A stretch of 64,000 nucleotides of DNA from a virus (Duplodnaviria > Caudoviricetes), in IMG/VR virus record IMGVR_UViG_3300021375_000006, one strand, 5' to 3'. Position numbers and translations under genes: made by a program. The number at the start of each line of letters is the position of its first letter. Position 1 is the stretch's first letter. The notes beneath the pieces were generated by a model. That model saw only the letters and a program-made list of their open reading frames with translations, was not told where the DNA came from and did no database searches. This document shows, piece by piece, positions 48,674 through 55,645 of the stretch.

Positions 48674-48872
48674 CCTTTGACTTTATAGTAGCTTTTGTAC
48701 CTGGAAATAAAATGTAATACAAGAGCATTAAGCCAAACATTTGCCATGGACTAACAGGATTAGCCCAAGTAACTGCTTCAGTTAAAACAACATTCCATAA
48801 GTAGGTTGCTGTTAAAACAGCCAAAGGTACTGCTAAAAAAATAATTAGTAGTGGTCCGATTAAATTCTTCAT
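48663..48872 (-). CDS. Small membrane protein (69 aa)
   Basis: Two hydrophobic helices; downstream of the promoter repeat. Confidence 0.65.
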   Translation of the reverse strand: MKNLIGPLLIIFLAVPLAVLTATYLWNVVLTEAVTWANPVSPWQMFGLMLLYYILFPGTKATIKSKDGE

Positions 48873-48880
48873 ATATTTAG

Positions 48881-48931
48881 TTTTAATTAGAGTACTAATA
48901 TAATCAATTTTTCTGACATAGAAAAATTATT
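48881..48931 (-). promoter_or_regulatory. Early-promoter repeat, diverged copy 4
   Basis: TATGTCAGAAAAATTGATTATATTAGTACTCTAATTAAAA. Confidence 0.7.
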
Positions 48932-49058
48932 TAGTACTTTTTTTGTTTGTTTTCTTTTTCTTTAGGTTTTTTACAACTTCTTCTAACTTACTATGACCAA
49001 TGCCTTGTTTTGCCATTGCCCTTAATGTTGCTATTGATAGTTGTTTAGGTTTTTCCAT
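48927..49058 (-). CDS. Small basic protein (43 aa; start revised to MEKPKQ)
   Basis: In-frame ATG at 49058 avoids a long overlap with the upstream gene. Confidence 0.45.
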   Translation of the reverse strand: MEKPKQLSIATLRAMAKQGIGHSKLEEVVKNLKKKKTNKKSTK

Positions 49059-49302
49059 ATTTGTTAATAACCTCGTATTTCTTAATGTTATATTTCTTTT
49101 GCCATGTTTCAATAAAACTTTCACCAATCCCCATTTCTACAATGTCATATTTGTGGTCAACCACCGGTTTTGTAGCTCTTCCATTATTTAAAATATCCAC
49201 ATGAATATCAGTTACAATCATATAGTGTTTATTTCCTGTTTTGGTTTTTCTATAAACCACTACATTTGTAGGTTTTCCTTTTTCTTTCCAGGGTAATTTC
49301 AT
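49045..49302 (-). CDS. Hypothetical protein (85 aa; start revised to MKLPWK)
   Basis: ATG 49302 overlaps the upstream TGA (ATGA). Confidence 0.6.
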   Translation of the reverse strand: MKLPWKEKGKPTNVVVYRKTKTGNKHYMIVTDIHVDILNNGRATKPVVDHKYDIVEMGIGESFIETWQKKYNIKKYEVINKYGKT

Positions 49303-49643
49303 TTCCAAAATAATTGAATACTGATAATAGCCACGGCTAGAATCACACATATTGTAGTCTTCATGTTTATACCTTCACCCATTAATAACCATGTTAAAAA
49401 TGCAAAGGACGTTATACCCATTGAAAAGCCAATGAATCGACCTGGCCAAAGTAGACCACCATAATGTGCAGCAATTAGAGCGGTAGCTTTAATAAACATA
49501 TATGAAATCATAGTACCACCTACAATTGACATTATCCATGGGTGGTCTTTAGCCCATTTACTTAAAAATTGTCCGTTGGTTTGAAACCAAATTAGTATCT
49601 GCCCTGCTAAAAATAAGAGCATGCCTGCAATAAGTCCTCTCAA
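49299..49643 (-). CDS. Small multi-pass membrane protein (DMT/SMR-like size)
   Basis: About four hydrophobic helices; TTG start overlapping the rnhB stop. Confidence 0.6.
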   Translation of the reverse strand: MRGLIAGMLLFLAGQILIWFQTNGQFLSKWAKDHPWIMSIVGGTMISYMFIKATALIAAHYGGLLWPGRFIGFSMGITSFAFLTWLLMGEGINMKTTICVILAVAIISIQLFWK

Positions 49644-50266
49644 AATAATTGATTTGTGGTAGTTAATAAATGTGAGCAAAAAGATTCTCTATGGTGGTCA
49701 GTTAATCCAGACTCTTTAATAGCCGTAATATGTTGTTTAGTTCCATATCCTTTATTAGAACCCCATCCATATACATTACCACCTTCAATAGACTTCATAT
49801 ATGCATCTCTTTCAGTCTTTGCTAAAATACTTGCAGCTGCAATACTTGTATAGATATTATCTCCGCCTACTACAGTTTCAAAAGGTTTACCATCGAAGCC
49901 GTGGAATTGATCGCCATCTACTAGAATAAAATTGAATGGGTGTTTCTGGCAAGTTTCTGCTAGAGCCCTTCTCATGCCTTCTAATGTAGCTTTTAAAATG
50001 TTAGTGTTTTCTATGTCTTCCACTCCAACATGTTGAATGGAGTACGCCAACGCGTTATCTAAAACCATTTGTCTAGCCTCTGCACGCTGACCTTCATTTA
50101 GAAGTTTAGAATCTTTAATAAGTTCATGTTGGAATCCGAATGGCATAATACATGCCGCTACAGTTACTGGCCCGGCGAGTGCGCCTCTACCAGCTTCATC
50201 TACACCAACCTCTATAATATTGGGGTCGTTTAAATGACTGCTCTTTAAAATAATGCGTTTAGACAT
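49640..50266 (-). CDS. rnhB: Ribonuclease HII
   Basis: GVDEAGRG.LAGPV, DSK, ILVDG, SIAAASILAK.ERD, NKGYGT. Confidence 0.92.
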   Translation of the reverse strand: MSKRIILKSSHLNDPNIIEVGVDEAGRGALAGPVTVAACIMPFGFQHELIKDSKLLNEGQRAEARQMVLDNALAYSIQHVGVEDIENTNILKATLEGMRRALAETCQKHPFNFILVDGDQFHGFDGKPFETVVGGDNIYTSIAAASILAKTERDAYMKSIEGGNVYGWGSNKGYGTKQHITAIKESGLTDHHRESFCSHLLTTTNQLF

Positions 50267-50286
50267 AGATATAACTTGTTTAGTAG

Positions 50287-50313
50287 TTATATCCTAAAAT
50301 AGCTTATTGTTTC
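50287..50313 (-). promoter_or_regulatory. GAAAC-N17-TATAA promoter motif (rnhB)
   Basis: 17-nt spacer. Confidence 0.65.
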
Positions 50314-50776
50314 TAATTTTACTACTAGGAGATAAATCAGCTGGTCGATCCCACCTCATTTGAACTTCCTTCTGATAGAAGCCACATTTCTCATAAAAAC
50401 CTATATTATCTTCTGAACAATTAAGAACTACTTTATAGCAACCCCTTTCGACCGCTAAGTCTTTTAGTCTTTCAATTAATAGTTTACCTAGACCTCTACT
50501 TCCAGCGTGCTTAGAAACCGCAACATCTTCTATTTGAGCAACTCTGTTACCACCTCTAATTAATTTATTGATAGTAATTAATGAAGCAACGCCTACCACA
50601 TAACCACCTTCTTCTGCAACATAGTAGTGAATATTAGGATTATCTAAAATATTCCACCACTGTCTATTAGATGGATTGGTCTTACCATTAAAGGCTTCTG
50701 TATAAATATCACAGATAGGTTCTAAATCCTCGTAAGTTGCTTTACGAATCTTTACTTTTTGTTCTGAATTTTCCAT
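50294..50776 (-). CDS. GNAT acetyltransferase, glucosamine-6-phosphate N-acetyltransferase (GNA1)-like
   Basis: KLIRGG.RVAQIEDVAV...GLGKLLI...GCYKVVLNCSEDNIGFYEKCGF. Confidence 0.75.
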   Translation of the reverse strand: MENSEQKVKIRKATYEDLEPICDIYTEAFNGKTNPSNRQWWNILDNPNIHYYVAEEGGYVVGVASLITINKLIRGGNRVAQIEDVAVSKHAGSRGLGKLLIERLKDLAVERGCYKVVLNCSEDNIGFYEKCGFYQKEVQMRWDRPADLSPSSKIRNNKLF

Positions 50777-51432
50777 TTGTCGTATCGTGTCACGACCTCT
50801 TGAAGTATTTTAGCCCTAACAATATCTGACTCAGTAAAGATATGAGTACTAATGCCTCTTATACCTTCTAATAATTCTATAAAACCAGGAAGACTAACTT
50901 GCGAAGCTGCAATATCTGCTTGGCTTACATCCCCTGTAACTACCACTTTACTTGACTTACCCATTCTTGTTACAAATAACATCAACTGTTTATATGTTGC
51001 GTTCTGTGCTTCATCAAGAATCATTAGGGCATCATCAAAAGTATCTCCTCTCATATAGGCTAGTGGTTCGAATCGAATTACTTTTTTATCAAATAAGGTT
51101 TTAGTTAGCTCAACACCGATTATCTTTTCTATATTAGATTTGTAAGATCTCATATAAGGATCTACTTTATCATTAATATCTCCTGGTAAGTGACCCAACT
51201 TTTCACCCGCTTCTTGGATCGGCTTACATAATATAATTTCTTTAATCTTCTTTTCTTGCAACATTTCTAGCGCAGTATAACACGCTGTAAATGTTTTCGA
51301 AGTTCCAGCTGGTCCGTAACAAAACGTAATATCATTTTTATCAATAGTATCTACGTAATTTCTTTGGTTAGGTTTTAATTGAATTCTTTTCAATCCTGCT
51401 GCAATCGATGCTGCTCTAGAGGTTCTTGCCAT
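50752..51432 (-). CDS. phoH: PhoH-like ATPase
   Basis: GPAGTSKT, LGHLPG, PLAYMRG.TF, ILDEAQN, TGDVSQ. Confidence 0.9.
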   Translation of the reverse strand: MARTSRAASIAAGLKRIQLKPNQRNYVDTIDKNDITFCYGPAGTSKTFTACYTALEMLQEKKIKEIILCKPIQEAGEKLGHLPGDINDKVDPYMRSYKSNIEKIIGVELTKTLFDKKVIRFEPLAYMRGDTFDDALMILDEAQNATYKQLMLFVTRMGKSSKVVVTGDVSQADIAASQVSLPGFIELLEGIRGISTHIFTESDIVRAKILQEVVTRYDKWKIQNKK

Positions 51433-51445
51433 AGTTTTAATTTAT

Positions 51446-51742
51446 TTAATCACCGGCCATTATGACCAGTTCACGTAGTTTCATTAACTTATTACATTTT
51501 TCATACTCTTCTAGAGATTCAAAATATTTTATCATTAAGTCAATAAACTTAGACCTTTGTGAAATTCCATGTGGAATTTCTATTAAACGGTCCTCATCTT
51601 TAAATGCGACGAAGCGATTTACGGTCTTTGTAAAATTCCTAGTTATCTGATAATAACTCGCCCTCATTATACTGTCTTTATCGGAGTTTGATACAAATCC
51701 GCTCATCTCAATTACTATAATTTTTTGGTTGTTGCTAACCAT
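51446..51742 (-). CDS. Small protein with C-terminal UVR-like motif (EEYEKC..L)
   Basis: YFESLEEYEKCNKLMKL. Confidence 0.6.
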   Translation of the reverse strand: MVSNNQKIIVIEMSGFVSNSDKDSIMRASYYQITRNFTKTVNRFVAFKDEDRLIEIPHGISQRSKFIDLMIKYFESLEEYEKCNKLMKLRELVIMAGD

Positions 51743-51825
51743 GTTATATATTTTAGTTACTCTCTATCTAAAGCTAAATAAAGAGTTAAAATTATTAGTA
51801 TATTATTCTAATACTAGGTCAAAAA

Positions 51826-52026
51826 TTAAAGTTGTTGATCTTCTCTTGTTTTTAGCTGCTGTATGTATTTAGCTTTTTGCTTTTGCAGTCTCTTCTTTTG
51901 AGAAGGTTTTGTGAATTGTTTGCGATCTCTTAACGCACGAAGTTGTTTTGTTCTAATTACTTTAGATTTAAGTTGTTTTAGAGCTTTTTCAATATTGGTT
52001 TTCTTATCTAGTTTTATTATTAACAT
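51826..52026 (-). CDS. rpsU: 30S ribosomal protein S21 (Bacteroidota type)
   Basis: MLII...NIEKALK.LK.K...LR.LRDRKQFTKPS.KKR...KAKYIQ. Confidence 0.9.
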   Translation of the reverse strand: MLIIKLDKKTNIEKALKQLKSKVIRTKQLRALRDRKQFTKPSQKKRLQKQKAKYIQQLKTREDQQL

Positions 52027-52295
52027 AAATTTTGATTTACTTGTTGCTGCATTTCATATAATTTAGCACACTTTTCGAAATCTTCACGGTCTTCATAATA
52101 TTTTAACATATTGCCTAATAGCTCAATTTTTCGATCAGCTGGCATGTCTGATAATATAACGTATGCTGGATGTTCCATCATCGCTTGATATAATGCAGTG
52201 AAAAAAGTAGACTTATTACTAACCATTAGGCCTTCGATAATAATATCCCACCTAGAGTTCATTCTTCGTCTATTTTTTCTAAAAAATTTATCCAT
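52020..52295 (-). CDS. Small protein with C-terminal UVR-like motif
   Basis: YYEDREDFEKCAKLYEM. Confidence 0.6.
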   Translation of the reverse strand: MDKFFRKNRRRMNSRWDIIIEGLMVSNKSTFFTALYQAMMEHPAYVILSDMPADRKIELLGNMLKYYEDREDFEKCAKLYEMQQQVNQNLC

Positions 52296-52344
52296 GATTT
52301 TATTATGTACTTTCTTTATATATTCTAGCTTTATTATTTTTAAT

Positions 52345-52926
52345 TCAAAATATCTTTATGGCTTTTTTATATAAATGTCCGTTTGCCACAGCTTCATAGT
52401 TTTTAGTATACGGAAACACCACCTCTCTAGACCACATTCCATCTTTCCATTTACCATCTTCACTTAAATGTGTACTATCACCATTTTTAATAAAAGTATT
52501 TGAAAAATGATATATTGTTTTTTTAGTAGACGCCCATTCCGGTGGATTAGGATTTTCATTATGCATTTTATAGTAGCCTTGGATTTGTGGGTTTTGTTGC
52601 CATTCATATAAATCAAATAATTCATCTAAATAAACTACATCTGGGTATATCCCATGCTTAAAACCTAAATGTGTAATCCAAGTCATAACAGATCTAATAT
52701 TACTAGGAATATAGGGTCCTGTAATTACAAAATCAGCATCCCAAGAAATCCAATCTTCTAAAATACTACCAGTTAAATAAAGCTCATGTTCACTAAATAA
52801 ATATGGTTTACTTTTAATCTCTTTTAAAAAATCTTGAAACTTTTCATTTTCAAAAGAGTCAATACCATACCAGACGTCTGATTTATAGCCGCCATATTCA
52901 ATAAGAGAATTATCCTTTGGAGTCAT
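52345..52926 (-). CDS. Pol-beta-superfamily nucleotidyltransferase-like protein
   Basis: LYLTGSILEDWISWDADFVI (hGS...DxD). Confidence 0.55.
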   Translation of the reverse strand: MTPKDNSLIEYGGYKSDVWYGIDSFENEKFQDFLKEIKSKPYLFSEHELYLTGSILEDWISWDADFVITGPYIPSNIRSVMTWITHLGFKHGIYPDVVYLDELFDLYEWQQNPQIQGYYKMHNENPNPPEWASTKKTIYHFSNTFIKNGDSTHLSEDGKWKDGMWSREVVFPYTKNYEAVANGHLYKKAIKIF

Positions 52927-53710
52927 TTATTTTCTTAATATATTCAATTTGTGTATCATTTAACTCAGGGAAGCTAGCATTTATTTTACAAAGAAGACTA
53001 CCTCTAATCTGAGTATCGTAATTAGGCCATCCCTTTTCACGAACCCTTAATACTTTACCAGGTGTTGTTGCCTGTGGTACATGGATTGTAATCGGACCAT
53101 CTAATGTAGATATTGTAATTTTAGTACCTGCCATAATTTCATACCATGGTAGACTTACTTCTACCCATATATCATTATTTTGGTCTATAATAAATTCTGA
53201 ACTCATTCTTACATGAATGTTCACTAATAAGTCTCCAGGCGGTAGTGTGCTATTAAATGGATGTGCTTGCCCTTTACCTGCTAATTTAAACCTTTGTCCA
53301 GTTTTAACACCTGGTTTTAAATTAATAGTAGACTCATATCCATTTACTTGAAATGTTTTACTACACCCTTGAAATGCTTCTTCAAATGAAATGTGCATAT
53401 CTACTTTAATATCAGCACCTCTTGTTTGTTGGCGCCTTTGGCCACCAAAGAATTGATTGAATAGATCTCCGAAGTTACCATCCATTCCACCCATATTACC
53501 AAAGCTGGCAAATGGATTATCTTGCATAACATCATATTGCTGGCGTTTTTGTTCATCGCCAACTACAGCATACGCGTCTGCAATTTCTTTAAACTTATTT
53601 TCATCACCACCTCGATCTGGGTGATGCTGCATACTAAGTTTCCTATAAGCTTTCTTAATTTCTGACTGAGTTGCTGTTTTGTCTACGCCTAAAGTTGCAT
53701 AGTGACTCAC
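52910..53710 (-). CDS. dnaJ: DnaJ (type II, CbpA-like) co-chaperone
   Basis: J-domain with HPD, G/F-rich linker, DnaJ_C, no zinc finger. Confidence 0.92.
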   Translation of the reverse strand: MSHYATLGVDKTATQSEIKKAYRKLSMQHHPDRGGDENKFKEIADAYAVVGDEQKRQQYDVMQDNPFASFGNMGGMDGNFGDLFNQFFGGQRRQQTRGADIKVDMHISFEEAFQGCSKTFQVNGYESTINLKPGVKTGQRFKLAGKGQAHPFNSTLPPGDLLVNIHVRMSSEFIIDQNNDIWVEVSLPWYEIMAGTKITISTLDGPITIHVPQATTPGKVLRVREKGWPNYDTQIRGSLLCKINASFPELNDTQIEYIKKINDSKG

Positions 53711-53868
53711 TCGCTTTCAGATTTAGATTGTCTTATTTCACGAACCTGTAAGGACTCTAGTTTAGCTTTTCTTTTCTCAGCTACAGTCTCACGTTTGTTC
53801 TTTGCTTCCATTGCGTCGGCAATTCTCTTAAGTTGTTTTGCTATTTCGCTAGCTGTCTTTTCGTCCAT
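53707..53868 (-). CDS. Small coiled-coil protein (53 aa, MDEKTASEIAKQLKRIADAME...)
   Basis: Hand-translated; its TGA overlaps the dnaJ GTG start. Confidence 0.6.
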   Translation of the reverse strand: MDEKTASEIAKQLKRIADAMEAKNKRETVAEKRKAKLESLQVREIRQSKSESE

Positions 53869-54103
53869 ATCTATTCTTAATTAAATCTGACTTGCCATTT
53901 TGAAAATCTTGATAAGGTAATGACTTATCCTTCTCTTCCTTATGAGGGCCATTAACCATTATAGTATCTTTATATGGATTTGTTTCAACGCCCTGATCTT
54001 CTAACCAGGTCATCATATCCTTTACAGAACCTTTAAATTGTCTAATTCTTTCTAGCTCAGGGTGGTCTGTAGCGAAGTCTTCAAATAGTTTAATATGCTT
54101 CAT
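53849..54103 (-). CDS. Putative head-internal protein, MKHIKLFEDF leader (84 aa)
   Basis: Leader motif; coupled to the upstream gene. Confidence 0.55.
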   Translation of the reverse strand: MKHIKLFEDFATDHPELERIRQFKGSVKDMMTWLEDQGVETNPYKDTIMVNGPHKEEKDKSLPYQDFQNGKSDLIKNRYGRKDS

Positions 54104-54546
54104 TAGTCTAGGCTTCCGTATTTACCTGAGGACATATCTTTACCAAATTGGTCAATCGCCTTAGTTCTATAGTCAATATATGCTGGATCTTCGTGGTGAT
54201 TTTTACCACCAGCCCCAAAGTAAGAGTTAAATCTATATGAAGTAATTGCGTCACCCTTTTCTTTAAAAGCCTTTTCCATATCTTTAACGATCTTAATAAT
54301 CTTTCTCTTCTTCGATGAGTTAATAGGTCCTTTAAACTTCTCACTATCTGGCGCAAACGAAGAAGTACTACTAGTTACTTTAACGTATTCTAGAGTTTCT
54401 GGCGCATTTTCAATTAGCTTAATAAAGTCTTTTAGGTTATCTGCACTACCAGCCCAAGAAGACTCTATCTTCTTACCATTAATAGTAGAGTAGGCCATTT
54501 CGACCTTCTCGTTTAAAAATCTGTGATATGGTTGGATATGTTTCAT
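54103..54546 (-). CDS. Putative head-internal protein, MKHIQPYHRFLNE leader (147 aa)
   Basis: Leader motif plus GATATATAA 4 nt upstream. Confidence 0.55.
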   Translation of the reverse strand: MKHIQPYHRFLNEKVEMAYSTINGKKIESSWAGSADNLKDFIKLIENAPETLEYVKVTSSTSSFAPDSEKFKGPINSSKKRKIIKIVKDMEKAFKEKGDAITSYRFNSYFGAGGKNHHEDPAYIDYRTKAIDQFGKDMSSGKYGSLD

Positions 54547-54549
54547 AGG

Positions 54550-54558
54550 TTATATATC
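54550..54558 (-). promoter_or_regulatory. Late-type motif GATATATAA
   Basis: Between the sRNA terminator and the MKHIQP gene. Confidence 0.55.
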
Positions 54559-54561
54559 AAT

Positions 54562-54598
54562 AAAAAAACCCGCGGAAATACTAGATTTCCTACGGGTT
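54562..54598 (-). terminator. Rho-independent terminator
   Basis: AACCCG..GGAAAT/ATTTCC.CGGGTT stem plus T7. Confidence 0.75.
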
Positions 54599-54636
54599 CA
54601 TTTCGGGGGCCCGCACTTCCGTTATGGATGTGCGTT
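54562..54636 (-). ncRNA. Candidate small structured non-coding RNA (~75 nt)
   Basis: Own GATATATAA motif at 54640-54648, GC-rich hairpin 54612-54634, terminator hairpin plus U7 at 54562-54598, no usable ORF. Confidence 0.5.
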
Positions 54637-54639
54637 AAG

Positions 54640-54648
54640 TTATATATC
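54640..54648 (-). promoter_or_regulatory. Late-type motif GATATATAA upstream of the candidate sRNA
   Basis: Followed by a non-coding structured segment. Confidence 0.5.
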
Positions 54649-54944
54649 TAACAAACTCGCTCTAAAATACGTTCTACCTTTTCGAGTTCGGTTTTTAGTA
54701 CTCCACACTTCTCATATTGCTCTAGGTCAATAAAGTGTTTCGTCATATAAACAATAGTTTCTTTCAATTGAATTACCTCTTCTGTTTCCATGTGGCGTAT
54801 GTGCCAATCAGAGAGACCATTCTCTTTAATGTTATTGTAGTTCTTCTCGATGGCTTCCTCAATCATAGCGTTCTTATACGCCTCCATCTTCTGTTCGAAT
54901 TCTGGATCGTTTAGGTAGTCATCAATGTTAAAGTCATCATTCAT
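54648..54944 (-). CDS. Small protein with C-terminal UVR-like motif (start revised to MNDDF)
   Basis: HFIDLEQYEKCGVLKTEL. Confidence 0.6.
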   Translation of the reverse strand: MNDDFNIDDYLNDPEFEQKMEAYKNAMIEEAIEKNYNNIKENGLSDWHIRHMETEEVIQLKETIVYMTKHFIDLEQYEKCGVLKTELEKVERILERVC

Positions 54945-54945
54945 A

Positions 54946-55077
54946 TTAAGCAAATGTAATATTATCAGATTTGAATGCCATTTTGTATTCGTGAACTAAG
55001 TATTCAGCTTCGTCCACTGTTTCGGCCGTGTCAATTACCTCTCGGCCATAGGTTGAATCGTAGAAAATTTCGTACAT
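54946..55077 (-). CDS. Small early protein (43 aa, MYEIFYDSTYGREVIDTAET...)
   Basis: Hand-translated; first gene after the promoter repeat at 55091-55154. Confidence 0.65.
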   Translation of the reverse strand: MYEIFYDSTYGREVIDTAETVDEAEYLVHEYKMAFKSDNITFA

Positions 55078-55090
55078 AATATTTATTGAT

Positions 55091-55154
55091 TTTTAATTAC
55101 AGTACTAATATACGAAAAATAATTGACATAAAAAAATTCTAAGGCAATTATTTT
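55091..55154 (-). promoter_or_regulatory. 64-bp early-promoter repeat, copy 5
   Basis: Core identical to copy 1 from TTTTTTTATGTCA onward. Confidence 0.75.
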
Positions 55155-55169
55155 GAAGAAATCTCTATC

Positions 55170-55541
55170 TTATTTGATAGAGATTTTCTTCTTATTATCA
55201 ACTGAATCAAACTTAAGAGTTAAGATACCATTTGTCATAGTAGCGTTAATTGAATCCATATCTACTGTGCTAGGTAATCTAAACTTCTTAGTAAATGATT
55301 GTGCAAATCCTTCGTCCTTCTTTTCAGAAGAGATCGTTAAGATCTGACCTTCAACTTCAATGTTAATATCCTTCTTGCTAAATCCTGGCAAGCTAACATC
55401 TAGTTTGTTATCACCCACTTTATATTCTGGGCCTAGGATATTTAATGTGTCCCACTCTCTTCTTGGGATTACGTTAAAGAATGAATCGAATGCTCCGTCG
55501 AAAGAGTCTTGTGCTAATTTTGATAAGTTTGTTAAATACAT
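55170..55541 (-). CDS. Small heat-shock protein (Hsp20/alpha-crystallin)
   Basis: VSLPGFSKKDINIEV...ILTIS...FTKKFRLP...INATMTNGILTL. Confidence 0.92.
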   Translation of the reverse strand: MYLTNLSKLAQDSFDGAFDSFFNVIPRREWDTLNILGPEYKVGDNKLDVSLPGFSKKDINIEVEGQILTISSEKKDEGFAQSFTKKFRLPSTVDMDSINATMTNGILTLKFDSVDNKKKISIK

Positions 55542-55617
55542 GTTTTAAAATTTATTTTGTTTCTTGTGCAATATCGCACAGTAACTATAGTGAAAAAAGT
55601 GTACCAAAGCTATTTTT

Positions 55618-55632
55618 GTGACGTATTGTCAC
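55618..55632. promoter_or_regulatory. Palindromic site GTGAC-N5-GTCAC upstream of hsp20
   Basis: Perfect 5-bp arms in the intergenic gap, ~10 nt from a TTGGTACAC element. Confidence 0.35.
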
Positions 55633-55645
55633 CTTTTCTAAAATT

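Noticed and set aside
47137-48931. Repeated AGTACTAATATA elements as a CRISPR array
   Set aside because: Copies are 550-1200 bp or more apart with whole genes between them, one is inverted, and there are no cas genes. They fit promoter cassettes.
51065-51074. GGTTCGAATC, a tRNA T-loop-like sequence
   Set aside because: It lies inside phoH (encodes RFEP on the minus strand), with no acceptor stem or cloverleaf around it.
51795-51817. Short inverted repeat downstream of rpsU
   Set aside because: It has only a 6-bp AT-rich stem and no clear U-tract, so it is too weak to call a terminator.
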